Part shown: positions 37,601 through 49,830 of the stretch, piece after piece | Numbering within the stretch: the first letter of the stretch is position 1 | Layout of the letters: each line of letters starts with the position of its first letter | Assembly: GCA_951406725.2 (NCBI GenBank) | Contig: OX597822.1 | Span: 37,262,001-37,326,000, forward strand | Direction: 5' to 3' | DNA length: 64,000 nt | DNA from: Octopus vulgaris | Lineage: Eukaryota | The notes under the pieces: generated by a model | The model's database searches: none | The model's input: only the letters and a program-made list of their open reading frames with translations | Told to the model about the DNA's origin: nothing | Program-made: the position numbers and the translations under genes

Positions 37601-40600
37601 ATAACAACAACAGTTCATATCAAGTTGATGGGAGATTACTTGTGGAAGTTTCTGTGATTGCTAACCTGGCCACAAATTAAACTTTTTTTCTTCTTTCATT
37701 AATTTGTACCAGACACAATGTCATTAAAATCTAATAATACCTAGGATCAATTGTATCAGATTAACACACACACACAGATTATATAAATACATCCACATAT
37801 ACACATGTAATAGCTTGGCTATCACTTCAAACATAGACACCTTCTCGACCTTAACCTTAACCCCTTAACCCAATGCAAAATGTGACAGCTGGAGAAAGGG
37901 CTGCTCCAACACTAGGCTGGTACTCCTTTTCAGTAGAGAAGATTGGAGCAACATGAAACAAGGTAAAGGACCTTCTCAAGCCCAAGATGCTGTGCTGTAG
38001 GAATGAACCGGAGGTCACATGTTTGGGAAGCAAGCTTCTTAACACACAGCTATGCCTGTGCCTATACACACACACCTGTCTAATCTTTCATATACTGCTT
38101 CTATCACATAGTTTTGACAGGTATACTATGTCTGAAAAACAACGCATTCCTTGTGTTACAGAGGCATTGCACTCACGAAAACCATTTCATAACATGGAGT
38201 AAATTTTCCCGTTGACTTTGATGTTAAATGAAAGCCAATGAAATGGAAGATAATAGGAATGTACATTATGTGTTACAATTAAGGAATTCCATGTTACCCC
38301 AAAGATTTCATGAATGCAATGTTTCTGTAATGCAGGGGTTTCTGTAAATTGTAGTCACAAGACTTGGTGGATAAGAGCTGACCTGGGACAAAACAACAAC
38401 AAACAAATACATGAATAAATAAAGACATCTGGCAAGACCATAACCTTACCGTATGCATCTAGTGCAGTGAATGCAACGTGTCATAATGGTTTTTATAAGG
38501 GGACCAACATTCTTGTCTTCAACAGCCCTGCAACAAAACCACAAAACAATTACAGTAACAGCAACAAAACCTCAAAAATAACAGACTTAAAATTCAACAG
38601 AAGAAAGATGTATCATTATACTAATAAAGGGATATATCAAATTGCCACTACTGACCTTTTGCCTGTGAAGTTAATGTCTGTAAATCTACTGCGATCACTC
38701 CCAAACACCATAGACTGATCCTGAAAAACAAGGAAAGAGACATGCTTCATATTGCTATCAAGGTTTCAATACCTGGTAGTTCCCTCTTTTACTGTTTTAC
38801 TTGTTTCAGTCATTTGACTGTAGCCGTGTTGGAGCACCACCTTTAGTTGAACAAATCGACCACAGGACTTATTCTTTGTAAGCTTAGTACTTATTCTATC
38901 GATTTATTTTGCTGAACTGCTAAGTTATGGCGATGTAAACACACCAGCATCGGTTGTCAAGCAATGGTAGGAGGGACAAACACAGACATACAAACATACA
39001 CACACACACACATATATGACGGGCTTCTTTCAGTTTCCGTCTACCAAATCCACTCACAAGGCTTTGGTCAGCCCGAGGCTATAACAGAAAATACTTGCCT
39101 ATGATTCTACGCAGTGGGATTGAACCCAGAACCATGTGGTTGATAAGCAAGCTACTTACCACACAGCCACTCCTATGCCTGTTCACTCCTACTATTAATA
39201 ACTTTTCACTTTCTAATTTTGGCAAAAGGCTAGCAATTTCAGGAGATGGGTAAGTCGATTACAAGACCCCAGCAGGATTTGAACTCAAAATGCTTCTAAG
39301 CATTTTATCTAGTGCAGTAATGATCCTGCCAGTTCACCACCTTATTATTCCTTATTAATGATATACAATCTATATAATATTTTGTTAATTCATCTTATTA
39401 TCTAGCAGAGTCAATCAAAATGCTTTGCAGCATTTCTTCAGCTTTACATTTTGAGTTCAAATCCTGCTGAGGTCAAATTTGCCTTTCATTCTTTCGGGGT
39501 CGGTAAAATAACTACCAGTCAAGAACTGGGGTTGATGAAATAGACTAGTTCCTTCCTCAAAAATTTCAGGCCTTGCACTGATAGTAGAAAGAAAGAAATT
39601 TTATGTCTGTTTTTCATGCTTGCATGGGTTAGACAAAAACAACTGAAGCACTGTTCTTATAGCCATGTGTCCTTTCTATTGTTTATCCTAACCTGACTTT
39701 TTTTTTTAAGTATGACAGTTTTTATTTTACTCAGCTACAGAAGTAAAAGAGCCACAAAATATCAAACAAACATCATCATCCATAATTCGGCACTTTTTCA
39801 GGACAGCACAGACTGTAAGCATTCATACTAACACACACAACAACTTTGCACACCAAATACACCCATGTGCTACTGAGATAAGGACAGGCACAAACACACA
39901 CAGCAGGCTTCTTTCAGTTTCCATCAAGCAGATTCACTCACAAGGCTTTGGTTGTCCAAAGCTGTAGTTGAAGACACTTGCCCAAAGTGCTACACAGTGG
40001 AGCTGAACCTGAGACTATATGGTTGGGAAGCAAGCTTCTTAACCACATGCATGCATGCATATGTCTGTATATATACCTAATATATATATATATATATGAT
40101 GGACTCTCTCGTTGTTAGGCAATGTATGAGGATTTGACAATTTCTTGCTGAACAACCAGAGAGATGATTTGTCTATAGTGATCACATGTTTGTGTACACA
40201 TACGCTCACTCCCTCCATCAAATCGACATTACCTGTACAGGTGCAACGGGTGCCACATGTCAGATGCCGAAATGATCGCAGAACACTGTAAAATGAAGTG
40301 CTTTGCTCAAGAACACAATGCAACGCTCAGTCTGGGAATCGAACCTACAACACCTTAACCACCAAGCCATGCGCCTTCACACACACACACACACATTAAT
40401 ATGTATGTGTGTATGAATATATATCAAACAATAGTATTTATGACAGAAAGACAGATATAATCCAAGACAGACAATCAGACAAAAGAAAGAATGAGTGATA
40501 ATAAGTAAATACTCTACCTGCAAATCACATTCTCCACCTTGGTCACAAATTGGACAGTCCAATGGATGATTGACCAGAAGGAATTCCATCACACCTTCCC

Positions 40601-41136
40601 TTTAAAAAAGAACAAAGCCAAACTTATTGAATTAAGCAACCCCTTTAACAATTAGCAAATCGTTTACTATTAAGAGTAAGATACAACACTACACTGTTTC
40701 CATCTAACTCTACCTAGATGTAGTTAAATAAGGGCTGAGCTGTGTGACTGATCTTCATTGTCATTGTTTTAATGTCAGCTTTTCCATGCTTGTATGGGCC
40801 AGATGGGATTTATTGAGGCAGATTTTCTACAGCTGGATGCCCTTTCTGTTTCCAAGTAAGGTAATATTTCCTTAAGTGCAGACATGTATCAGAGGACTGG
40901 AAACAAAGGATGCCACTTGCATGATAGTGACAATCACTTACAACTATCATATGTCAAAGCAAAGAGACAGTCTCACATACACACACACACTATAGGCTTC
41001 TTTCAATTTCTGTCTACCAAATCTACTCATGATGCTTTGGTCAGCCCCTTGGGCTATAGTAGAAAACATTTGTCCAAGATGCCATACAGTGAGACTGAAT
41101 ACAAAAACTTCTTACCACAGAGCCACACGCACGTGC

Positions 41137-41182
<46 letters not shown>

Positions 41183-44100
41183 TTATAGGGACATGTGTAT
41201 AAAAAAATATTTATTCCAGTATTCCATCACTCTTAACAATAATTGCTTCTAATTTTGGCCCAAGACCAGCAATTTTGTGGGGAGGGTTTAGTCAATAACA
41301 TCAACATCAGTACCTGACAGTTACTGATGGAATCAATTAACTTCCTCCCCATTTTTATATCAACTCTGGAAGGATGTGTCTATTTACAACTATATTTTCC
41401 AGTGTGTCTTTCTTTATAATGTTCTGAGTTCAAATTCCATCACGGTCAACTTTGCTTTTCGTCCTTTCATATTCAATAAAATACACACCAGTTGAGTACT
41501 GGAGTTGATGTAATGGAGTTCCCTCTCCCCTCAAAATTGCTGGCCTTGTGCCAAAATTAAAAAGGATTACTTAGGGTGATGTATTCACAGAATTGTAGGA
41601 GCATTGGACAAAATGGCTTACAGTATTTGTTCCAGCTCTTTACATTTTAAATTCAAATCTTACTGAGGTCAATTTTGCGGTTCATCCCTCCAGGGTCAAT
41701 GATAAAGTACCAAACATGTAGAGGGCTGATGAAACGAACCCTCTCCTACTAAAAACTGCTGGCCTTATACCTAAAGTTGACACAATTATTACTACTATGA
41801 TAATTATTGTTGTTGTTGTTGTCACTAAGTCATATTACTGAAAACTAAGCCTCTGTGTTTGAGAAGACAGAGTTTCTTGTAAAAGATGACATGTTATTTC
41901 AAGTGAGAGGTTTCAACAGCCTTAATCAGTTATGGTAGTGAATAAGTTTTAAGAAATCCAAGTAAAAACTTACCGAGCCTTTTTGGCAATGGGAGAGTTT
42001 GTTTTCACCTTCATTCCTTTCATAACAGGCATGGCACATGATGCAACAGGCTGCAAGATTACATTATAATCAATATCAATTAATATATGAGTGGCTGTAT
42101 GTGTGTGTGTGTGTGTGAGAGAGAGAGAAAACATTACCAATCTTAAACAAAAGAAACTAATCATAGATTTCAGAAGATGGCATAGCAGTTCCTGAATAGT
42201 GTATTCCCATCACAAATGATAAATATGTTTTAAGTCTTGAAATAGGCCTATAACACTTCTCGGTTGCAAACTGGACCTACTGATGTCTAATACTCCTTCC
42301 AATATCATTTTATTTATCTGCAGTCTCTTATTTTGTTTTACCAAATTCCATCATCATCATGATTTTACATCTACTTTCCAAACTGTTATGGGTTGGATAG
42401 ATTGTCACAGTCTGAGTCTGTTCTTATTTAAAGTTGCTGCCTTCTTAGACAAACTGGGGACCAAGTTTCACTCATACATTCCATTTTTGGAATGATTTGC
42501 TATCACCAACTACTTTACAGAATGGACAGGATGCATTTTACCATGGCACCAGCACTAAAGTGTTTGTCATATCCCCAGCAAGACTAAATAAGTCTCCCTA
42601 CCCAACACTGTCTCTATTCACTTGACAACCACTTTACAGAGTCTGGTTTTAGCACAGCACCAGCACCAGAGAGGTTACCTTACCCTCAGCAAGAGTAAAG
42701 AGTTCTCCCTTGGTGAATGTCATCTCCATTTATTCATTCACCAACACCAACAGATTGTCTTGACAGAGACAAATAGTATAAGAGTGAGAGGAGAGAGTAA
42801 AATAACAGAAACAGAGTGATAGGTACCTACTAACGGCCAAGTGGAATGTACCACATTGTAATACCAACTGACAGTTAGGTGGATTGTGTCAATGTGTTGT
42901 ACCTACTGACAGCTAAGTGGACTGTCACTGTGTGGTAGACACAACTGGGTAGACTGTACCACAGTGTGGTATCTACTTACAGTCAGGTGGACTGCCTCAG
43001 TTCATGGTCTAATTTACAGCTAGGTAGATTTTATGAGTAAGGTGTCTACATACATCTTGAGGGACTTGTCATACAAGTAGAACTGATTATTCTGAGAATA
43101 GTGTTCCCTGGATTAATGAAATGATGGCTTTATCATTACAATACTGTGTTGAGCTAACATCAAACTGATTTAAAATAATTAATACTAATAATAAAATCCA
43201 TAATCCAAGCAACTAATGAGGTTCTGCATTAACAACAATAATAATAAAATGCAAGAGAGTTTAGTTGCTGTGCAGAATGTAAAAAAAAATTGGCCATTTT
43301 GGATACAGGGCTAGTGTCTGTTTCCATTATCTGGACAGCAAACACAGACTAACTCTCTTGCATTCAATTAAGACCACAACTGAAAGAGGGATAGAAATAT
43401 GAGATTCACCTTTGCTGCTCGCTCCACTTCAACTAAACACATCCGACAGTTTCCTGCCACCGATAAACGATCATGGTAACAAAATCTTGGAATTTCAACT
43501 CCAGCCGCAGCACAAGCCTGAAATTGAGAAGAAGGAAAGACGTATTTTGTTGTATCTTGGGAAGGTCATTACGCCAACAATAAACACATGCACTCGTTCT
43601 ATTTCACTTCTTTTATTATTATTAATCAGTTGGTTAATCATTTAACCATTTAATTCATTATTTGATTAATTAAGATAATCAATCAATCAGCAAGGTTTGT
43701 CAGTCCTTTTGTTACCATTCAAGACCTCATCAATGGCATGCTCTTAGAATTTACATTTAGAAACTAAGTGAATCAATTATGACCTCTATGTCATCATCAA
43801 AGTTTATTCTGGCATAGGAGAGACAGGTCTATTACACTGCCTATTGCCTTCAATCTTAATCTTTTGTTAGCTCATCTGTGAAACTTAGTATCCCAAGATC
43901 TAACCTCCTCACTTCAACCCACATTTTCCTTGGTTTCCACCACTATTACCTTCCATCCCACAAGCAGCACACACTGAGGAACCTTCTGAGATCACTCAAC
44001 ATGCTACAATAGCACCCAAATTTGCCTCAGATCACATTCCACTAACTTAAAAACAGAAAACGCTTTGGATAATGTAATCACAGTTACTTCCAAAGCAGCA

Positions 44101-47100
44101 GGATAGTTATGATTGAAATGACCTTGAGCTTAGATCTGCTCAATCAGGATTGACCTGGGGTTAAACAACAACGTTAGCAACACTCATTCCACTCATATTA
44201 TAACTATCTATAGCAGTACAATTATCTCCCTTACATCAACTGATATCTATTTTTAAATGGCCCTTGTTCACAGCTCTCTTGCGCTGAGGTATATTTTATT
44301 GAATGCATAAGAAACCAAACACAAGTTGATGTTGACTTAAATGGATATAAATCAGTTGGAAATACATACAAGGTAACTTTGGTCATTACATTAATTTTGT
44401 TCACTCAATATAGGCAAAGGGCCAAGCATCTCATCATCATCGTTTAACGTCCGCTTTCCATGCTAGCATGGGTTGGACGATTTGACTGAGGACTGGCGAA
44501 GCAGATGGCTGCACCAGGCTCCAATCTTGATCTGGCAGAGTTTCTACAGCTGGATGCCTTTCCTAACGCCAACAACTCCAAGAGTGTAGTGGGTGCTTTT
44601 ATTTTATGTACCACCAGCACAAGGGCCAGTGAAACAGCCAATTGTATCAATCCCCAATACTTACTCAGTGGTTTACTGATCAATAAAAGGTAAAGTTGAC
44701 CCTTGAAGGGATTTGAGCTCAAAACGCAAAGAACCAAAATAAATATCACAAAACATTCCATCCGGCAATCTAACAATTTTGCCAATTCACCTCATAGCTA
44801 CCCATATCATCACAAATCTAATAAGCAGTCTCAAAGAAAACAATCAAGATAAAACAACAAATGCTCACTTGTAACACAGTGGTTCCAGGTTCAACATAAA
44901 CTGGTTTGTCATCAACAAACAACTCCACCTTTTCTGGGGCTGCAGACCCTGAGGTAAGACGAGCTGCAATAACAAAACACAATTTGGAGACATGTTCAAA
45001 ATTACTTCAAATAATTTCAACAAGAAATAACACACTTTAGACGATAACCCTCATTATAAAGATTTTTTATCAAATTATGATCACTTTAATTATTACATGC
45101 TATATTAGTTAGCAGAGTTACTATCATGAAGATTGGTAACGAGTCTCCTCAAATTTGAAGACTCTTAGGATTCTTGCAGAATACAGGATTGCATTTCTCT
45201 ACAGGCTAACAATGTGAGTCTCAAACTCCAATATTCTTCAACCTCTTAGTTGGTAATTTGGATGCTACACCAAGTGCACTAATTACCGCAGGAATAAGTA
45301 TCATCTTAGTCTTCCATGAAATCTTCATCTCCCTAACTAGATCCTGATATTTCTCAATTTTGTCAATTTCTTTGGTATCCACCCTATTAATATATAGTAT
45401 TGCAAAGTTTATGAGCTTACACTGTTTGTTTCTTTTGTCCTCAACAATCGTATCTGGTATTCTTGCTGCGATAGTATGAGAGGTCTTTATGGGGAAGTCC
45501 CATAATATCCTGTAATTGTTATTCTTTATCAAAGCCTCCACAGATAAGGTATAAAACTGACAAAATCAGTGGAACACCAGACAGAATACTTTATGGTACA
45601 TAGGTTATGTCCCTTCATGGTCTACTTCCCCTTTCATATTTCCAGCAGCAATATCGTTGATTAAAATGAATATGCACCTGCACCATAATTAAACTGACTC
45701 TACCTTAATACTAAAAAATAATAGTCCAACTAACTATTAGTGGCTCCCATGCTGGTGGCTTGTAAAGAGCACTATCCGAACATGATCGATGCCAGGCCCG
45801 CCTGTCTGGCTCCTGTGACTGGTGACACATAAAAAGCACTATCTGAACATGATTGATGCCAGGGCCACCTTACTGGCTCATGTGGCTGGTGGCACGTAAG
45901 AAGCACCCACAACACTGTCAGAGTGGTTGGTGTTAGGAAGGGTATCCCACCTCCTTTCTTTCATCAATGTCTCCACACATTTCAATCATCCCCACTTTTT
46001 CCTTTGTTTCTTTGGTAAGCTAGTTATAGACTTTTCTCTTTATAATTTGATCTTTTATATTTTTAAGGCTTTTTTTCTTCCTGTAAAAATATGTTGTTAA
46101 CAAAATGTCTTTCAATTAAAAAAAAATCTTTACATTTTCTTCAGTTTTCTTCTAGCATTCATCTCATTTTCAAATTTTTTCCTCTCATCTAATTCCTATT
46201 CTCACTTTTTTTCTCTCTGCTTTCACTGACTCATTTGTTCCTGAATTCATTTTATTGTATTTTATTGTTGGGATTTTTAAAAAATTGTAATCTAATAGAC
46301 ATTTTCTTTTCTTGTGCAATGCAAAAACAAACAACTTCATTCTTTAAGTCATCAGTCTATCATTCATATCTTTCATTTCATTACTTGTGATGCTTGCTCA
46401 CCCACTGCTATCCATCACTCCTTCTCCTGCCTTGTTTTCTCTCGTTGCCATATCTCCCCGCAGCTTCTCCACCACCTGAACACCATCTCATCACTCTGGC
46501 TTTCCCCAACAACCACACACTTTTTCAATGATTCTCTGGAACCTTGCTACCCTCATTTACTTTCTCTCATATTCCCTTCCTTCCATACCCTCCACCCATA
46601 TTCACCCTTATAAAGTGGATAGCTCTGGACAACCTCTACACTACCCTCCTCACAACCCTTACCATATGTTCTTTCCTTTTCTCACTAACAACCGGCACTA
46701 ATCTCATTCCCTCTCTCCTGTTTCTGCTGCACTCCCTCCTTCAATAGTGACCGCTCTTACTCTTTTCACCACCACCCTCTCCCTCCTATAAATGTGTCCC
46801 TCCCATCACACTTAACCCTCTCTCATCAACTTGCTTAAAATTCTCACCCTCTTTCTCTCCTATTCGCCTTCAGTTATAGAACCCCCTTTAGTCTTGCAAG
46901 TTGTAAGGCAACCTCAAGTATGGTGATGCCATGTAAAACAATCTCAGTATGTTCTATGAAGTAATTGATGTTAGGAAGGACATTCAGTTATAAAAACCAG
47001 GTCAAACAGACATTGGAGTACTACGTGGTCGACCAACTCATTGAATCCTCTTAAACCATCGAACCCATGCCAGCATAGAGAACAGATGTTAAATAATGTT

Positions 47101-47655
47101 TGTGCGTATATATCATTTGATGTCCATCTTCCAAGTTGGTATGGGTTGGATGGTTTGACAGGAGTTAGCAAGCCAGAGGACTGCACCAAGCTCCACTGTC
47201 TGTGTTGGCATGGGTTTTACAGCTGGATACCCTTCCTAATGCCAACCACCTTACAGAGTGAACAGGGTGCTTTCTATGTAGCACCAACACCATCGGGGTC
47301 TGATTGACAGGTTTTTACAGATGGATGCCTTTCCTAATGCCAACCACCTTACAGTGAACAGGGAGCTTTTCACATGGCACCAGCACCATGCATAAAGCAG
47401 TCTTCCATGCAGTCTATATCAACATTTTCACTCACAAAGTATTAGTTGGCCCAAAACAAGAATAGAAGACATTTGCCTAAGAAGTCACATTGTAGAACTG
47501 AACCTAAGGCCACATACATGATTGTAAAGCCAATTTTTCAGCCATTGAGCCAGGCTTGAAATTAAAATGTTAGAGCAAAAGCAAAAAGAGATGCACTTAC
47601 CACAAGCTATGCTAGTTGGTCTCTGAAGAAGCTTCAGAGACGCTAGACGTAACAT
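12378..47655 (-). CDS. NDUFS1: NADH:ubiquinone oxidoreductase 75 kDa Fe-S subunit; spliced gene, 19 coding exons, 723 aa
   Basis: Hand-spliced exons join in frame (2172 nt). Motifs [49 protein letters not shown] and YVNTEGR are present. All introns are GT-AG. Confidence 0.97.
12591..13100. mobile_element. piggyBac-like MITE
   Basis: TTAA TSD on both sides, TIR CCCATTAACTGCCA / TGGCAGGCAATGGG. Confidence 0.75.
13155..13720 (+). mobile_element. Tc1 transposon 5' fragment
   Basis: Same TIR as at 2037; remnant [44 protein letters not shown]. Confidence 0.85.
16804..16938 (-). CDS. NDUFS1: NDUFS1 coding exon 18 ([45 protein letters not shown])
   Basis: 135 nt, phase 0/0. Confidence 0.95.
18196..18371 (-). 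CDS. NDUFS1: NDUFS1 coding exon 17 ([35 protein letters not shown]...IIRALAQ)
   Basis: 176 nt, in ORF 18190..18396. Confidence 0.97.
19034..19187 (-). CDS. NDUFS1: NDUFS1 coding exon 16 ([15 protein letters not shown]...LGADEG...VIYQG)
   Basis: 154 nt, AG/GT bounded. Confidence 0.96.
19385..20562 (-). mobile_element. Cluster of about 6 SINE-B copies separated by (AAT)n
   Basis: Repeated GAAAGGATGAAAGGCAAAGT..GAATTTGAACTCAG units; a similar cluster lies at 36128-37094. Confidence 0.75.
20685..20846 (-). CDS. NDUFS1: NDUFS1 coding exon 15 ([21 protein letters not shown]...WRVLNILHR)
   Basis: 162 nt, in ORF 20643..20843. Confidence 0.95.
21734..22045. repeat. 26-bp minisatellite, about 12 copies (TGGTGCCAGCACAGGTGTTCTATATG)
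   Basis: Directly visible; explains the periodic ORFs at 21634-22104. Confidence 0.95.
22549..22611 (-). CDS. NDUFS1: NDUFS1 coding exon 14 ([21 protein letters not shown])
   Basis: 63 nt, phase 0/0, HLG...G.HPF motif. Confidence 0.92.
24560..24626 (-). CDS. NDUFS1: NDUFS1 coding exon 13 ([22 protein letters not shown])
   Basis: 67 nt, AG/GT bounded. Confidence 0.93.
24930..25173. mobile_element. piggyBac-like MITE
   Basis: TTAA|CCCTTT...AAAGGG|TTAA. Confidence 0.6.
25884..26087. mobile_element. piggyBac-like MITE (second copy at about 28095-28320)
   Basis: TTAA|CCCTTTTGATA...AAAAGGG|TTA; body shared with 28095-28320. Confidence 0.65.
26806..27178 (+). mobile_element. SINE family A, full length
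   Basis: Homologous to 10411-10770. Confidence 0.8.
28560..28688 (-). CDS. NDUFS1: NDUFS1 coding exon 12 ([42 protein letters not shown])
   Basis: 129 nt, conserved [13 protein letters not shown]. Confidence 0.97.
30017..30162 (-). CDS. NDUFS1: NDUFS1 coding exon 11 ([49 protein letters not shown])
   Basis: 146 nt, AG/GT bounded. Confidence 0.95.
30200..30462 (-). mobile_element. SINE family C with 14-bp TSD
   Basis: tRNA-like head on the minus strand, CpGs retained, TSD ATACAAGTCAAAAA at 30186 and 30463. Confidence 0.8.
31346..31645. repeat. Compound (TA)n/(CA)n microsatellite
   Basis: Directly visible; similar tracts at 1895-2035, 47825-47862, 57420-57640. Confidence 0.95.
32468..32617 (-). 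CDS. NDUFS1: NDUFS1 coding exon 10 ([23 protein letters not shown]...AAEK)
   Basis: 150 nt, in ORF 32390..32656. Confidence 0.96.
34421..34520 (-). CDS. NDUFS1: NDUFS1 coding exon 9 ([33 protein letters not shown])
   Basis: 100 nt, AG/GT bounded. Confidence 0.96.
37228..37413 (-). CDS. NDUFS1: NDUFS1 coding exon 8 ([17 protein letters not shown]...[23 protein letters not shown])
   Basis: 186 nt, visible in ORF 37224..37457. Confidence 0.97.
38450..38527 (-). CDS. NDUFS1: NDUFS1 coding exon 7 ([26 protein letters not shown])
   Basis: 78 nt, N4 cluster CxxCxxC. Confidence 0.97.
38656..38720 (-). CDS. NDUFS1: NDUFS1 coding exon 6 ([22 protein letters not shown])
   Basis: 65 nt, AG/GT bounded, phases match neighbours. 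Confidence 0.94.
38790..39180 (-). mobile_element. SINE family A, full length, inverted
   Basis: Reverse complement of 10411-10770. Confidence 0.8.
40518..40599 (-). CDS. NDUFS1: NDUFS1 coding exon 5 ([27 protein letters not shown])
   Basis: 82 nt, N5 cluster His/Cys ligands. Confidence 0.97.
41974..42050 (-). CDS. NDUFS1: NDUFS1 coding exon 4 ([26 protein letters not shown])
   Basis: 77 nt, AG/GT bounded. Confidence 0.96.
43410..43517 (-). CDS. NDUFS1: NDUFS1 coding exon 3 ([36 protein letters not shown])
   Basis: 108 nt, 2Fe-2S N1b cysteines. Confidence 0.97.
44869..44963 (-). CDS. NDUFS1: NDUFS1 coding exon 2 ([32 protein letters not shown])
   Basis: AG/GT bounded, 95 nt, conserved V..EPGTTVLQ. 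Confidence 0.95.
45130..45541 (-). mobile_element. Non-LTR retrotransposon C-terminal restriction-like endonuclease fragment (R4/Dong-like)
   Basis: ORF 45221..45541: [39 protein letters not shown], a PD-(D/E)xK-type RLE signature. Confidence 0.8.
47601..47655 (-). CDS. NDUFS1: NDUFS1 coding exon 1 ([18 protein letters not shown], mitochondrial presequence-like)
   Basis: ATG at 47655, acceptor AG 8 nt upstream (exon begins 47663), GTAAG donor, phase 1 matches the next exon; R/L/S-rich with no acidic residues. Confidence 0.85.
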
Positions 47656-47822
47656 CTTGATGGCTGGTGTAAAAATGATAAAAAAAACAACATAAATAAC
47701 AGAAAATGATGAGATGATGGTGATGATAATGATATCATCTTTTCTTGAAGGAGTATAATCGACTGAATAAGCAAACACATCATAGAACTAATGAAGGGGC
47801 TCAACCTTCTAAAAATAGTAGC

Positions 47823-47864
<42 letters not shown>

Positions 47865-47944
47865 CCAGGTGTGCAAATACTTAGATACATGTAAATCTGT
47901 GCACCACTGGGTGTGGTTTTTCATCATCAAACCATATTATCTTT

Positions 47945-49830
47945 TATAGCAGCACCATAGTCAACTGCTACAAGGGTAAAGGTGATGCTCTAGATAGAAA
48001 CAACTACAGGGGTATCAAACTGCTGGATCAGGTAATGAAGGTCACAGAGAAATTAGGTAGAAAGTTAGCCTAGATGAGATGCAGTTTGGTTTTGTGCCAT
48101 GGTTCGACAACTGCAAGAGAAATACCTAGCCAAAGATAAACCCCTATACTTAGTTTTTGTGGACTTGGAGAAAGCCTTTGACAGGGTCCCCCGATCCCTT
48201 ATCTGGTGGGCGATGCAGAAACTGGAGATTGATGAATGGTTAATAAGGGCTGTACAGGCCCTTTACAGAGAGGCTGTTAGTAAGGTTAGGATAGGCAATG
48301 AGTACAGTGAAGAATTCCAGGTAGAAGTTGAGGTCAACCAAGGCTCAGCCCTCAGCCCCCTTCTATTCATCATAGTCCTCCAGGCAATAACAGAGGAATT
48401 TAAGATGGGTTGTCCCTGGGAGCTCCTCTATGCTGATGACCTAGCCCTCGTAGCAGAATCACTACCGGAACTAGAGAAGAAATTTTGGGTGTGGAAGCTA
48501 GGTTTAGAATCAAAAGGCCTTAGAGTCGACGTAGCAAAGACCAAAGTTCCTAGTAAGTAGGAAGGCAAACTCACCACACACCCCTTCAGGTAGGTGGCCC
48601 TACTCAATCTGTAGAAAAGGTGTAGGTAGAAACTCCATAAGATGTACCCAGTGTAAGCTATGGACACATAAGAGGTGCAGCAATATCAAAAGAAAATTAA
48701 CTGAGAAGATAGCTTTCATGTGCGGCAGATGCACAGGGGCAATAGACACCATTGATACTCAGAGAACAGATTCCATTACACTCCTTGGGGAGAAACTAGA
48801 AATAGTTGATAGTTTCTGATACCTAGGTGACCAAATCAGTAGCAGGGGTGGATGCTCAGAGAGTGTTACCACTAGAATAAGAATAGCCTGGGCAAAGTTT
48901 AGGAAGCTTCTTCCCCTACTGGCGACAAAGGGTCTCTCACTCAGAGTGAAAGATCGATTGTATGATGCATGTGTGCGAACCGCAATGCTTCACAGCAGTC
49001 AAACATGGTTTGTGACTGCAGAGGACATGCGTAGGCTTGAAAGAAATGAAGTTAGCATGATCCGCTGGATGTGTAATGTCAGTGTCCATGTACAACAGAG
49101 TGTAAGCGCCCTGAGAGAAATGTTGGGCATAAGAAGCATTGGATGCAGCATGCAGGAGAGACGATTGCGTTGGTATGGTCATGTACTACAGATGGATGAG
49201 GAGAGATGTGTGAAGAAGTGCCACTCCCAAATTGTTGAAGGAATCCAGGGTAGAGGTAGACCCAGGAAGCATGGGATGAGGTGGTCAAGCATGACCTTCG
49301 TACTTTGAGTCTCACAGAGGCTACGACAAAAGACCGAGACCTCTGGAAATATGCTGTGACTTCGAAGACCTGACAAATGAAGTGAGTTCATGGCTCGCAG
49401 GACAGCCTGCAGTACTAATCTTGGACCATAGAGTGACCCGCTGTTCTTGAGGAGACCTATTGAGTCAAGTACATCAACATCAAAATAACAATTCAAATGG
49501 AAATTATAGTTAAGACACCCATGCCGGTGACACATAAAAAGCACCATCCGAACGTAGCAGATGCCAGCGCCGCCTGACTGGCGTCCGTGTTGGTGACACG
49601 TAAAAGCACCAACCGATCATGGCCGTTTGCCCTGGCCCCTGTGCTGGTGGCACGTAAAAAACACCCACTACACTCATGGAGTGGTTGGCGTTAGGAAGGG
49701 CATCCTGCTGTAGAAACACCGCCAAATCAGACTGGAGCCTGGTGCAGCCTCCATGGCTTCCAGACCCTGGTCAAACCGTCCAACCCATGCTAGTGTGGAA
49801 AATGGACGTTAAATGATGATGATGATGATA
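47945..49830 (+). mobile_element. 5'-truncated, inactivated RTE-clade LINE (RT domain, C-terminus, 3' UTR, (GAT)n tail)
   Basis: FVDLEKAFDRVPR, QGSALSPLLF, LLYADD, RRLRWYGHV, RGRGRP motifs with stops and frameshifts. Confidence 0.93.
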
